This document shows, piece after piece, positions 8,806-18,406 of a stretch of DNA of 64,000 nt. The position numbers and the translations under genes were made by a program. The DNA lies in assembly GCA_963814585.1 (NCBI GenBank), contig CAWFDF010000008.1, positions 96,001 through 160,000 of the forward strand, in the 5' to 3' direction. A model generated the notes under the pieces. The model saw only the letters and a list, made by a program, of their open reading frames with translations, ran no database searches and was not told the DNA's origin. Each line of letters starts with the position of its first letter. The stretch's first letter is position 1. Origin of the DNA: an uncultured delta proteobacterium (GTDB lineage Bacteria; Myxococcota; Myxococcia; Myxococcales; Anaeromyxobacteraceae).

Positions 8806-8862
8806 GGGGGGAACCGTAGCGAGGCGGACGAAAGGTGTAAAGTCCTGGCGCCGCGAGCCCCA

Positions 8863-9505
8863 TCACGCAGCGTGAATACCACCCGCCCGCGCCGGCCTGG
8901 CCTGGCCATCGGCCCGCCGCGCCAGGATCCGCCCCTGCTCGGTGCGCAGGTCGAGCCGCACCAGCGCCGGCGGGCGCAGCGAGGCGCCGGGGGACGAGAG
9001 CCAGAGCCCCACGGCCCCGCCCTGCTCCGCCGCCGTGGTGAGCCGCCGGAGCGCCACGTCGGCGCCGCGGAACGGCCGGCCGCGCGGCACGTCGATGGCC
9101 ACCAGCGCGAAGGCCCCGGAGCCGAGCAGCGCCTCGCACGCCCAGAGCGCCAGCCGGAGGCCTTCCTCGCCGCCGGGCGGCCGGACGATGAGGAGCCGAC
9201 CGAGGTCGACGCCGAGCGCCACCGCCGCCGGAGGGTAGAGCTCGTCGCGCCCGTCGACGAAGGCGGCCAGCGCGCCTCCCGGGAGGCGGGCGATGGTCGA
9301 GAGCGCCACCGCGGTCTTGCCGCTCGAGGCCCCGCCGCGCAGCTCGGAGAGGGCGCCGCAGGGGAAGCCGCCCGGCAGGAGCGCGTCGATGGCCTCGAGC
9401 CCGCTCGCCAGCTGCCCGTCGCGCCGCGCCGGGCGGCGCTCGATGCGCTTGATCTCGTCGCGGAGGCGCGCGAGCAGGGCTGGGGTGGGATTCTGCTTTC
9501 GGCAT
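8863..9505 (-). CDS. imuA: ImuA, RecA/SulA-like protein (1-nt frameshift within about 8 codons of the start)
   Basis: Main frame reads ALLARLRDEIKRIE..SGLEAIDALLPGGFPCGALSELRGGASSGKT..AFVDGRDELYPPAAVALGVDLGRLLIVRP; ATG 9505 has an RBS and SOS promoter but is 1 nt out of frame. Confidence 0.85.
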
Positions 9506-9525
9506 GGACCGGCTCCGACCAGGCG

Positions 9526-9554
9526 ACGTTACTGCTCACCCGTTCAGTTATCAA
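9526..9554 (-). promoter_or_regulatory. SOS promoter of imuA: -35 TTGATA, LexA box, -10 TAACGT
   Basis: CTGCTCACCCGTTCAG at 9532-9547 inside a 17-bp spacer; block 9501-9566 is 55/66 identical to 5443-5508. Confidence 0.8.
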
Positions 9555-9719
9555 GCCGATCCGACATCTGCTTCGAGTACGCCCGCCACGGCTCCAGGGA
9601 CACCGACCGCTGCTCGATGTGATCGTGCGCCCCCACGAGAGACGGGGGCGATGGCCGCTCTCGAGGCCTCCGCCCGCGCGCCGTCCCTGCGCCCGCGACC
9701 CTGGCGGCGCGGGGTCCGC

Positions 9720-10130
9720 TCAGGCCTGCTGCGCCTGCTTCCCCTCCTGCGCGGCGATCTCGGCGCGAACCTTGTCCATGTCGAGCGCCCGCACCTGCCG
9801 GATGAGGTCCGTGAGCGCCGCCTCCGGCAGCGCCCCCGGCTGCGAGAAGAGCAGCACCTGGTCGCGCAGGATCATCAGCGTGGGGATGGAGCGGATCTGG
9901 AACGACCCCGCCAGCTCCTGCTGGGCCTCGGTGTCGATCTTGCCGAAGGTGATGTCCGGGTTGGCCGCCGCCGCCTTCTCGAAGGTGGGCGCGAACATCC
10001 GGCACGGGCCGCACCAGCCGGCCCAGAAATCGAGCAGGACGATGCCGTCGCGCTCGACGAGCTGCTTGAAGTTCCCGGACGTGACCTCGACGGTCTTCCC
10101 GCCCGCCACCGCGCTCGCTGCCCCGCTCAT
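9720..10130 (-). CDS. trxA: Thioredoxin
   Basis: DFWAGWCGPCR active site, IRSIPTL; start at ATG 10130 inferred. Confidence 0.9.
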   Translation of the reverse strand: MSGAASAVAGGKTVEVTSGNFKQLVERDGIVLLDFWAGWCGPCRMFAPTFEKAAAANPDITFGKIDTEAQQELAGSFQIRSIPTLMILRDQVLLFSQPGALPEAALTDLIRQVRALDMDKVRAEIAAQEGKQAQQA

Positions 10131-10277
10131 CGCTCCGCTCCCGGCGCCCGCCGTCCATTCGGCACGTGGCGCCCTCACCGGGTTGGACCCCGTGACGCCG
10201 GAAAGGGTTCGCGGCAGGCCCGGGGGGCTTCCCGGCCGGTGCCCGGGCCGGCCGGGGCCCGCGCCCGGCCACCCCGG

Positions 10278-10835
10278 CTACCGCGAGGGCGGGTACTTGT
10301 GCAGCTTGCGCTGCAGCGAGCGCCGGTGGATGCCGAGACGGCGGGCCGCCTCCGAGATGTTGTTCCCGCAGTCGGTGAGCACCCGCTGGATGTGCTCCCA
10401 CTCGGCGCGCGCCAGCGACGGCGTCTCCGCGCCCGACTTGGGCGCCGTGGTGTCCTTGCCCATGAGCGCGGCGAGGATCTCGTCGGCGTCGGCCGGCTTG
10501 GGCAGGTAGCCCACCGCGCCCTCGCGCACCGCCTGCACGGCGGTGGCGATGCTGCCGTAGCCGGTCAGCATGAGCACGCGGGTGGCGGGGTCGAGCTGCC
10601 GCAGCTCGCGCAGCAGCTCCAGCCCCGACATCCCCGGCATCTTGAGGTCGAGCACCGCCATCTCGGGCGACTCGATCGCCACCTCGCGCAGCGCCTCGGC
10701 GGCGTTGCCGGCCGTCTTGACCTCGTAGCCGCGCGCCCGGATGGCCTGCGCCAGCCGCTCCCGCAGGACCTCGTCGTCGTCCACCAGCAGGATGTTGGGG
10801 AGGCTGTCCCGCCCGATGTCGGTACTCTGGGTCAT
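10278..10835 (-). CDS. regA: RegA/PrrA-family response regulator
   Basis: LLVDDD, MLTGYGSIATAV, YLPKPAD, EWEHIQRVL..NISEAARRLGIHRRSLQRKL. Confidence 0.9.
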   Translation of the reverse strand: MTQSTDIGRDSLPNILLVDDDEVLRERLAQAIRARGYEVKTAGNAAEALREVAIESPEMAVLDLKMPGMSGLELLRELRQLDPATRVLMLTGYGSIATAVQAVREGAVGYLPKPADADEILAALMGKDTTAPKSGAETPSLARAEWEHIQRVLTDCGNNISEAARRLGIHRRSLQRKLHKYPPSR

Positions 10836-12205
10836 GTGCCGCTCCTCTCGCCGGTCGTGAGCGCCGGCAGCTCGAAACGTGCCTCGGTCCCGTGCTCGGG
10901 ACTCGAGGTGATGTGGAACTCCCCGCCCAGCTGCTCGGCGAGGACCCGGGTCAGGAAGAGGCCCAGCCCCATGCCCTCGCCCGGAACCTTGGTGGTGAAG
11001 AAGGGCTCGCCCACCCGGGCCAGCACCTCCGGTGACATGCCTCGTCCCTGATCGATGACCGTGGCCCGGATCCGCCCGGACTCCGTCGGCTCCAGGCGCA
11101 GCACCACCGTGGCGTCGGCGTCGGAGGCCTGCAGGGCGTTCTTGAGCAGGCTGCGGAGCGCGTCGCTCAGCGCCCGTGGCGGGCCGACCAGCGTGGCGTC
11201 CTCGATCCCCGGCGCCTTCGCCTGCACCACCCGCTCCCGTCCCTGGAGCCCGTCGAGCGCCGCCGCCACCCACTCGGCGACCGTCTGGCCGCGCAGCGGC
11301 TCGCCCACGTGCTCACCGGCGTGGCCCGCCATCCGGTCGAGGATCTCGCGGCAGCGCCCGACCTGGTCCCGGATCAGCTTCAGGTCGCGCGCCACCGCGT
11401 CGCTGACCTGGGCCGTGAGCTCCCGCTGCAGCTCCTTGGCGACCACCGTGATGGTCGAGAGCGGCGTGGAGAGCTCGTGGGCGGCGCCGGCCGCCAGCGT
11501 CGCCAGCGACGCCAGCTTCTCCCGCCGCTCGGCCTTGGCCCGGATCTGCTGCAGCTCCCGCTCGCGATCGGACAGGGCCATGGCCACCCGGCGGACGAAG
11601 TAGACGATGAACACGGCGGCCAGCGCCAGCGCCACCCACGAGGCGCGCACGTGGGCCACCAGGATCTGCTCGGGAGACAGGCCGAGGCGCAGGTGGTGGG
11701 CCGAGCCGGTCACCCACTCGTGGGCGAAGAGCCAGGCGAAGCCGGTCAGCGTCACCCCCATCAGCACCCAGGACCACCGCCCCGGCAGGAGCACCGCCGC
11801 CAGGGCCACGTTGACGAGGTAGAGCGTGGAGAACGGGTTGAAGGCGCCGCCGGTGAGGTCGAGCAGCAGCGTCAGCACGGCCGCGTCGAGCACCATCACC
11901 GTCGCCATCATCGACTCGGTGACGTGCGCGGTGCGGGCCCAGGAGCGCAGGACCAGGTTGCCGATCACCTCGGCGGTGAGCAGCGCCATGATGTGCGGGA
12001 TGGGCAGGTCGAACTCGGTCCAGAGCTCGGCGAGCGCGATGATCAGCGCCTGGCCGAGGATCGCCCACCAGTGGAGCTGCACCAGCCAGGAGAGCTTGAG
12101 CCGGCCTCCATCGGCCAGGCTGTCACCCGCGCCGGTGGCGGACTGGCCGGGAACCACCGACAGTGCGCGTGCCAACGCGGAGCGCATGGGTGTCTGGGAG
12201 CTCAT
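10832..12205 (-). CDS. regB: RegB/PrrB-family membrane sensor histidine kinase
   Basis: Multi-TM N-terminus with TGGAFNPF; H-box AAHELSTPL; DQGRGM, EPFFTTK, GMGLGLFL; start approximate. Confidence 0.88.
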   Translation of the reverse strand: MSSQTPMRSALARALSVVPGQSATGAGDSLADGGRLKLSWLVQLHWWAILGQALIIALAELWTEFDLPIPHIMALLTAEVIGNLVLRSWARTAHVTESMMATVMVLDAAVLTLLLDLTGGAFNPFSTLYLVNVALAAVLLPGRWSWVLMGVTLTGFAWLFAHEWVTGSAHHLRLGLSPEQILVAHVRASWVALALAAVFIVYFVRRVAMALSDRERELQQIRAKAERREKLASLATLAAGAAHELSTPLSTITVVAKELQRELTAQVSDAVARDLKLIRDQVGRCREILDRMAGHAGEHVGEPLRGQTVAEWVAAALDGLQGRERVVQAKAPGIEDATLVGPPRALSDALRSLLKNALQASDADATVVLRLEPTESGRIRATVIDQGRGMSPEVLARVGEPFFTTKVPGEGMGLGLFLTRVLAEQLGGEFHITSSPEHGTEARFELPALTTGERSGT

Positions 12206-12345
12206 TTCTCGGGTGGACCGCACCCGAAGGTAGCACAGCGCAACGGCCTCGCCGCGAGCCGCGGCCCCATGCCGCACCCCGCCACCATTCAGCGGCCTTC
12301 CGCGGGCTCCTTGACGCCCGGCCCAGCGGCCTCTAGCGTCGCAAC

Positions 12346-12654
12346 GTGCAGCGCGGACGGCGGAAATCGGTGGCTTCGGCGCTCGCCGAGGTGCTCGGTC
12401 GCCACCGGGAGACCGGCGAGGCGGCCATCGCGGCGGCCTTCGTCGAGGCCTGCGGCCAGCGGCTCTCACGCTCGGCCTCCTTCCGGGGTGTCATGAAGGA
12501 CGGGCGGCTGCTGGTGCTGGTCACCGACCAGGCCTGGGCGGATCAGGTGCAGGCGCTCGCCGACGAGATCTGCGCCCGCGTCAACGCCAGGCTCGGCCGG
12601 CCGGCGGCCCGTGGGCTCGACATCCGGGTGGGCGCCGCCGGGAGCGCTCCCTGA
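12346..12654 (+). CDS. DUF721/DciA-family protein
   Basis: KDGRLLVLVTDQAWADQVQALADEICARVNARLG resembles the DciA core; start uncertain. Confidence 0.65.
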   Translation: MQRGRRKSVASALAEVLGRHRETGEAAIAAAFVEACGQRLSRSASFRGVMKDGRLLVLVTDQAWADQVQALADEICARVNARLGRPAARGLDIRVGAAGSAP

Positions 12655-13928
12655 GCTCCGGGCGTCGAGGTCGTCACGTCCTCCTGCTGGCCGCGCTGTC
12701 GGGCTGCGCCACCGGCCCGGCCCGGCCGGCCACACCCCCGCCGACCCGGACCGCGCCGGCGGCCTCGGGCGCGCCCTCCCCGTCCCTGGCCGCGCTCCGC
12801 TATGGCGTCGAGCCCAAGGTGGAGCTCGCCCCCGTCGAGCTGCGTGCCATGGATCTGGCCGCACCGCGCCTGCAGCGCCCGGGCGATCCGCCTCCGGCCC
12901 GATCCTCCGTGCTGGTACTCGCCGCCCGCGAGCTGGCCGCCCGCGCCGCCTCCGGAGATCCGGCCCCGCTGGCCCGGGCCCAGGTCCGGACCGCGCTCTG
13001 GAACGCGGCCGCCTCCGATCCGGCGCCGCTGGTCTACTTGATCTCCGGCCCGCCCGGCCGGGTCGCCGAGGCGCTCCCGCCGGTCATCGCCGCGCGCTCG
13101 TTCGCCGGCCACCTCGGCGCCGGGGTGGTCGTCCGGGAGGGCACGGCCTGGCTGGTCCTGCTCGCCTCACCCCGTCGCGCCCTGCTGCGTCCCTTCCCCC
13201 GTGCCGTGGCCGTCGGCGACACCGCCCTCCTCGAGGGTGAACTGGTCACCGGCCTCGCCGAGCCGCGCCTCTTCGTCACCGACCCGGACGGCCGTTCCGG
13301 GGAGCAGCCGATGACCGGAGCGAGGCGCTTCAGGGCCGAGCTCCGCTTCGACCGGCCCGGGCGCTGGCTGGTGGAGGTGATCGGGCGAGGGATGAACGGC
13401 CCGGAGGTGCTGGCGCTGCTCGCCGTCAGCGCCGGGCCGGAGGCTCCGGACGCCGCCGCCCCGGTCGTCGAGCCCGAGCCCGCGGATCCCGCCACCGCCG
13501 AGGCGCTGGTCCTCCAGGCCATGAACGCCACCAGGCAGCGCCACGGCCTGGCGCCGCTCCAGCCCGCTCCCGCCCTGCAGGCGGTGGCCAGGGCGCACAG
13601 CGCCGAGATGCTGCGCCAGGGGCTGCTGGCCCACGTCCTGCCCGGCTCCGGCGACATCGGCGAGCGGCTGCGTCGCGCCCGCATCCCGTTCCGCAAGGCG
13701 CTGGAGAACCTGGCCAAGGGGCAGAGCGCCATCGCGGCCCACGAGGCGACCGAGGAGAGCCCGGCCCACCGCGACAACCTGCTGGCCGCCGGCCCCACCC
13801 TGGCGGGGGTCGGCATCGCTCGCGCCACGCTCCCCGGGGGCGGGCCGGTGGTCTACCTGACGGAGATCATCGTCGAGCCGCCCGCCGACCCCGCCCGCAG
13901 CTCCATCGACGGCGCGGAGGCTCGATGA
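12651..13928 (+). CDS. CAP (SCP) domain lipoprotein; probable CTG start
   Basis: Frame of ORF 12819..13928 stays open upstream through RRGRHVLLLAALSGC (lipobox); CAP motifs ARAHSAEM, ENLA, SPAHRDNLL. Confidence 0.75.
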   Translation: MSSGRRGRHVLLLAALSGCATGPARPATPPPTRTAPAASGAPSPSLAALRYGVEPKVELAPVELRAMDLAAPRLQRPGDPPPARSSVLVLAARELAARAASGDPAPLARAQVRTALWNAAASDPAPLVYLISGPPGRVAEALPPVIAARSFAGHLGAGVVVREGTAWLVLLASPRRALLRPFPRAVAVGDTALLEGELVTGLAEPRLFVTDPDGRSGEQPMTGARRFRAELRFDRPGRWLVEVIGRGMNGPEVLALLAVSAGPEAPDAAAPVVEPEPADPATAEALVLQAMNATRQRHGLAPLQPAPALQAVARAHSAEMLRQGLLAHVLPGSGDIGERLRRARIPFRKALENLAKGQSAIAAHEATEESPAHRDNLLAAGPTLAGVGIARATLPGGGPVVYLTEIIVEPPADPARSSIDGAEAR

Positions 13929-13948
13929 GCCGCCGAGCCGCCGGGCCT

Positions 13949-14173
13949 CTACGCCATCCGGCGCTGGGTGGCGAAGCTGTCGATGCTGTCGGCCTCCCCC
14001 GGCCCGATCGAGCTCAGGCCGCAGCGGGTGCAGCACCAGCTGTTCCAGCTCTGCCGGATGGCCTCGTCGAGGCAGCTGTCGTAGTGGGTGCAGAACAGGT
14101 TCCGCTGGCCGTCGAGGCCGCGGTCCGGGTTGATCAGGTTGATCAGTTCCGTGGGGCAGGGCTTGGCGAGCAC
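13949..14173 (-). CDS. Small Cys-rich hypothetical protein
   Basis: AGGAGG RBS before GTG; coding-like codon usage; RNLFCTHYDSCLD..WNSWCCTRC. Confidence 0.65.
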   Translation of the reverse strand: MLAKPCPTELINLINPDRGLDGQRNLFCTHYDSCLDEAIRQSWNSWCCTRCGLSSIGPGEADSIDSFATQRRMA

Positions 14174-14212
14174 ACTGGCCTCCTGGTGGCCCGAGAAGCC
14201 ACCTCGTCATCG

Positions 14213-16477
14213 ATGCACGCTGGCCGCCATGGACGGAGAGGCCAGGTCAGGTCACGCTTCGTCCATAGCGCGTCGCGATCCGGGGTTGCAAGTCCCCGGG
14301 CCTCCCGGTCCGGCTGGCGGTGCCTGGCCGTCCTGCTGACCCTGCTGGCCAGCGCCCCGGCCCGGGCCGCCGAGCCCCTGTGTAACTCCCTGTCTGGCCT
14401 CGGGAACGCCGCCGAGGCGCTGCGGCTCGGCGACTCCGCCGCCGGCGTCGCCGCCGCGCGAGCGGCCTGGTCGGCGCTGCCCAGGGGCTGGCTCGGGGCC
14501 CGGGCCGCCGCGATCCTCGGCCTGGCGTTGCTGCAGGCCGACCGGCCCGCCGAGGCCCTGGCGCCGCTCTGGGCCGGCGTGGCCTCGCCTCCCGCCGGAG
14601 TCGAGGGAGACCTTCACCTGGCCCTCGGCCGGGCCCTGATCCGGGCGGGGCGGCCCGCCGAGGCGCTGGCGCCCCTGGCCGAGGCGGTGCGGCTGGGTCC
14701 GGCGACGACCGCCCAGGTGGCCGGCTGGCTTCGGGCCGAGGCGCTCCTCGCCGCCGGGCAGGTCGCGCCCGCACTGCAGCGCCTGGAGGCCCTGGTGGCC
14801 AGCGGCGGCGGCGACCCCTCCGCCCGCCGTGGCCGGCTCCTGCTGGCCGGGGCCAGGCGGCTCGCCGGCCGAGATCCCGAGGCGCTCGCGGACTATCGGG
14901 CGCTGGCCATCGAGGAGGCCGGGGCGCCGGAGGCGGCCGAGGCGCTCCTGGCGCTGGAGCGGTGGTTCGCCGCGCATGGCGCCGGCCCCCCTCTCTCCGG
15001 CCGGGACCGGCTCCGGCGCGCCGAGCGGCTGCTCCAGCGCGGCCGATTGGGCGAGGCGCTGGCCGAGGTCGAGCTGGCCAGCGGCACGCTGCCTCCTGCA
15101 CCTGCTGGCCAGGCCGCCATGGTCCGGCTGCTGGCGCTGGCCGGCCTCGGCCGCCTCTCCGAGGCCGTCGAGCTGGCTCCACCGCTGGTGGAGTCGGGCG
15201 ACGCCGGGGTCCGGCGCGGCGCCCAGTGGCTGCTGGCGCGGGACGCCTCCAGGGCGGGCCGGACCGGGGAGGCCGCCAGCCGCCTGGCCGCGGTGGCCGG
15301 GAGCCTGGCGCCCATCCCTGGCCTCGGGGAGCAGCGCAGCCGCGACCTGGCCGACGAGGCGGCGTACCTCGCCGCCTGGCTCTGGTACGACGCCGGCGAC
15401 TTCAGGAAGGCCGTGGCCCGGCTCGACGCCTTCGTGCGCGCCCGCCCCACCTCGCCGCGCGTCGACGACGCCCGCTGGTTCGCGGCCTGGTCGAGCCACC
15501 GCGCGGGTGACCGGCGGGGAGCGCTGGCCCGCCTCTCCCGCCTCGAGCATGGCCCCATGGCCGAGGCCGCCCTCTACTGGCAGGGCCGGCTGGGAGGGCG
15601 CCGGGACCGGCTTCGGAGGGTCGCCGTCACCGCCGGCGATGGCTGGTACGGCTGGCTGGCCCGGCGCCGGCTCGAGTCGATGGGCGCCACGCCGCCGCCC
15701 GGGATCGCCGTCGAGCTGCCGGCGTCGGGGCCGCTCGAGGCCGCCAGCTCCGCGCGGCTCGCGGCGGCCGCCGCGCTCGCATCGCTCGGCTGGCGCGACC
15801 GGGCCGTCCAGGAGCTGGAGGCGCTGGCCGGCCGCGGCGCGTCCCAGGCCACCGCCATCGAGATCTGCCGCCTCGCCGCCTTTGCCGACGAGCCCGCCCT
15901 CGCCTTCCGCGTGGCACGGGACCTCCTCGGCCAGGCTCGCGGGACCGAGCGCTGGCTCTACCCGCTGGCCTTCGAGCCGCTGGTCACGGCGGCCGCGCGC
16001 GCCGCCGGCCTCGACGAGGCGCTGCTCCACGCCCTGGTCCGGCGGGAGTCCCAGTTCCAGCCCGGGGCGAGGAGCAGCGCCGGCGCGGTGGGGCTCGGCC
16101 AGGTGTTGCCGAGGACCGCGCTGCGGCTGGGCGTGCTGGGCGGGCTCGCCTCGGATCCCGCCGCGCAGCTCGCCGATCCGGCCACCAACCTCTCCCTGGC
16201 GGCGCTCTACCTCGGCCTGCTCCGGGAACGGTTCGGCGGCGACGCCGCCGCGGTGGCGGCCTACAACGCCGGCCCGGCGGCACCGGCCGGCTGGCTGGCC
16301 TCGCGCGCGGCGCAGCCGCTCGACGAGTGGGTGGAGAACGTCCCGTACAAGGAGACCCGGATCTACCTGAAGACCGTGCTCTCGGCGAGGGAGGCCTACC
16401 GGCGGATGATCGGCCTCCGGCCCTCGCTCGATCCGGCGGCGCCGGTCCCGCCTTCGATGGCCGGCGTCGCCTTCTAG
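14213..16477 (+). CDS. Soluble lytic transglycosylase with TPR-like repeats (start uncertain)
   Basis: Signal-like LAVLLTLLASAPARA; SLT motifs RRESQF, GAVGLGQV, AAYNAGP, ENVPYKETRIY. Confidence 0.85.
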   Translation: MHAGRHGRRGQVRSRFVHSASRSGVASPRASRSGWRCLAVLLTLLASAPARAAEPLCNSLSGLGNAAEALRLGDSAAGVAAARAAWSALPRGWLGARAAAILGLALLQADRPAEALAPLWAGVASPPAGVEGDLHLALGRALIRAGRPAEALAPLAEAVRLGPATTAQVAGWLRAEALLAAGQVAPALQRLEALVASGGGDPSARRGRLLLAGARRLAGRDPEALADYRALAIEEAGAPEAAEALLALERWFAAHGAGPPLSGRDRLRRAERLLQRGRLGEALAEVELASGTLPPAPAGQAAMVRLLALAGLGRLSEAVELAPPLVESGDAGVRRGAQWLLARDASRAGRTGEAASRLAAVAGSLAPIPGLGEQRSRDLADEAAYLAAWLWYDAGDFRKAVARLDAFVRARPTSPRVDDARWFAAWSSHRAGDRRGALARLSRLEHGPMAEAALYWQGRLGGRRDRLRRVAVTAGDGWYGWLARRRLESMGATPPPGIAVELPASGPLEAASSARLAAAAALASLGWRDRAVQELEALAGRGASQATAIEICRLAAFADEPALAFRVARDLLGQARGTERWLYPLAFEPLVTAAARAAGLDEALLHALVRRESQFQPGARSSAGAVGLGQVLPRTALRLGVLGGLASDPAAQLADPATNLSLAALYLGLLRERFGGDAAAVAAYNAGPAAPAGWLASRAAQPLDEWVENVPYKETRIYLKTVLSAREAYRRMIGLRPSLDPAAPVPPSMAGVAF

Positions 16478-16486
16478 CGTCCCCGG

Positions 16487-17350
16487 TCAGGCCACTCGCA
16501 GCGCCAGGTCGATGGCCTCACCCAGCCGCCTGAGCACCTGTGGAGACACGCCGGGGATCCTCTCCAGCGCCTCGCGCGAGGCGGGCCGGAGCCTGGCGAT
16601 CTCCACCATGGTCGACTCGCCCAGCACCTTGAACGGCGGCCGGTCCTCCTGGTCGGCGCGGGCCTCGCGCGCCAGCCAGAGCGCCTGCAGCACCTTCTGG
16701 CCCGCCGGATCGAGCGCACGCGCTCCCTTGAGCCGGCGCCAGCCCATGGGGTCGAAGACGCGCTCCTTCGGCACCGCGGCGGCCACCCGCTGGAACTCCT
16801 GCTCGGCCTGGTCGGCGAGGTTGCGGGTCGCCAGCTCGGCCTTGAACTCGTCGGCGATGGGGAGGAGGAACTGCGTGTCGAGGGAGGCGTAGACCAGCTG
16901 CTCACGGGTGAGCGGCCGGCGCCCCCAGTCGGAGCGCTGGTTGGCCTTCGACATCCGCACGCCGAACTTGGCCTCCACCAGCGCCGAGAGCCCCAGGCCG
17001 GGGCGCCCGAGCCGGCGCGCCGCCACCATGGTGTCGAAGAGGCGCGGCAGCCGCCAGCCATACTCCCGGCGCAGGCAGCGGACGTCGTAGTCGGCCCCGT
17101 GCAGCACCACCTCGCGGCCGTCGCAGAGGATCTCGCCCAGCGGCCGGACGTCCACCGCGATGGGGTCGACGATGTAGTCGGCGGACCTGGTCGAGAGCTG
17201 CAGCAGGCAGACCCGCTCCCGGTAGACGTGGAAGCTGTTGGACTCGGTGTCCAGCGCCAGCACCGGCTCGGGGCGCACCGCGTCGATCAGGGCCTGGAGC
17301 GAGTCGGGATCGGCGACGTGGACCGGGATCCGATGTACGGGTGGCGACAC
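16487..17350 (-). CDS. rnd: Ribonuclease D (DEDDy exonuclease plus HRDC)
   Basis: ALDTESNS, LHGADYDV, LFDTMVAA, SDWGRRPL, YASLDT. Confidence 0.88.
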   Translation of the reverse strand: MSPPVHRIPVHVADPDSLQALIDAVRPEPVLALDTESNSFHVYRERVCLLQLSTRSADYIVDPIAVDVRPLGEILCDGREVVLHGADYDVRCLRREYGWRLPRLFDTMVAARRLGRPGLGLSALVEAKFGVRMSKANQRSDWGRRPLTREQLVYASLDTQFLLPIADEFKAELATRNLADQAEQEFQRVAAAVPKERVFDPMGWRRLKGARALDPAGQKVLQALWLAREARADQEDRPPFKVLGESTMVEIARLRPASREALERIPGVSPQVLRRLGEAIDLALRVA

Positions 17351-17359
17351 CCCGTCATT

Positions 17360-18286
17360 CTAACCCGCCCGGGCGAGCGCCACCGCCACTTCGGCGGCCA
17401 CGGCGGCGTTTCGCACCAGCAGCGCCAGGTTGGCCTGGCGGGACCGACCCCGGGTCGCCTCGGCGACCGCCGCGAGGAGCCACGGCGTCACCGCCGGTCC
17501 GGTGACACCGGCCCGGGCCGCGCCCGCGAGGGCCCGCTCGATGGCGGCCTCCACCTCGGCGCGCGGCAAGGGCTCGGGAGGCTCCACCGCCAGCAGGACC
17601 CCGCCTGGCCGACCCAGCTCGCCCCACTGGAGCCCCAGCAGCTCGGCCGCCTCGCCGGCGTCCTCGACGCGGTGAGCGAGGTCCACGCCGCTGCCACTGG
17701 TGAAGAAGGCCGGCAGCTGGCTGGTCCGGTACCCGATGACCGGGACCCCGAGGGTCTCCAGGGCCTCGGCGGTGGCCGGGAGATCGAGGACCGCCTTCGG
17801 CCCGGAGCAGACCACGCAGACCGCGCAGCGAGCCAGCTCGCCCAGATCGGAGGAGACGTCGGCCGCTCCCGTGGCGGCCGCGCCGGCCGCGAGCCGGTGG
17901 ACGCCCCCGAGGCCCCCGGTGGCGAGGAGCCGGATCCCGACCCGGGACGCGATGGCCAGGGTGGCCGACACGGTGGTCCCGGCGTCGCGGCGCGACCGGA
18001 GCAGCGGGGCGAGATCTCGGGCGCCGGCCTTGGCCGGGCTTCGGGTGGGGTCGCCGAGCCGCGCCAGCTCGACCTCGCTGAGCCCGATCGCGATCCTCCC
18101 TTCGACGAGCCCGATGGTCGCCGGGACGGCCCCGGCGGCGCGAACGGCCTCGACGCAGCAGGTCGCGGCCTCGAGGTTGTGCGGCGGCGGCAGCCCGTGG
18201 GCCACCACGCTGCTCTCGAGCGCCACCACCGGGCCACCCCGGGCCAGCGCTTCCTCCACCTCGGGCGCCATCCGGATCCGGGCCAT
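17360..18286 (-). CDS. psuG: Pseudouridine-5'-phosphate glycosidase
   Basis: [43 protein letters not shown]. Confidence 0.9.
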   Translation of the reverse strand: MARIRMAPEVEEALARGGPVVALESSVVAHGLPPPHNLEAATCCVEAVRAAGAVPATIGLVEGRIAIGLSEVELARLGDPTRSPAKAGARDLAPLLRSRRDAGTTVSATLAIASRVGIRLLATGGLGGVHRLAAGAAATGAADVSSDLGELARCAVCVVCSGPKAVLDLPATAEALETLGVPVIGYRTSQLPAFFTSGSGVDLAHRVEDAGEAAELLGLQWGELGRPGGVLLAVEPPEPLPRAEVEAAIERALAGAARAGVTGPAVTPWLLAAVAEATRGRSRQANLALLVRNAAVAAEVAVALARAG

Positions 18287-18406
18287 GGGCCAGTCTAGCC
18301 CGCCGGGCGCCGTCGAGACCGCGCCATCGAGCCGCCAGGACGTGGCACGATCGAGGCACGATCGAGGCTTGTACGGGCCCGGGTGGCGGGGCTACCCTCC
18401 CGCACG

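Noticed and set aside
9620..9668. Hairpin CGCCCCC/GGGGGCG with possible loop pairing, as a third copy of the 56-nt motif
   Set aside because: Loop sequence and stem length do not match; only short words are shared
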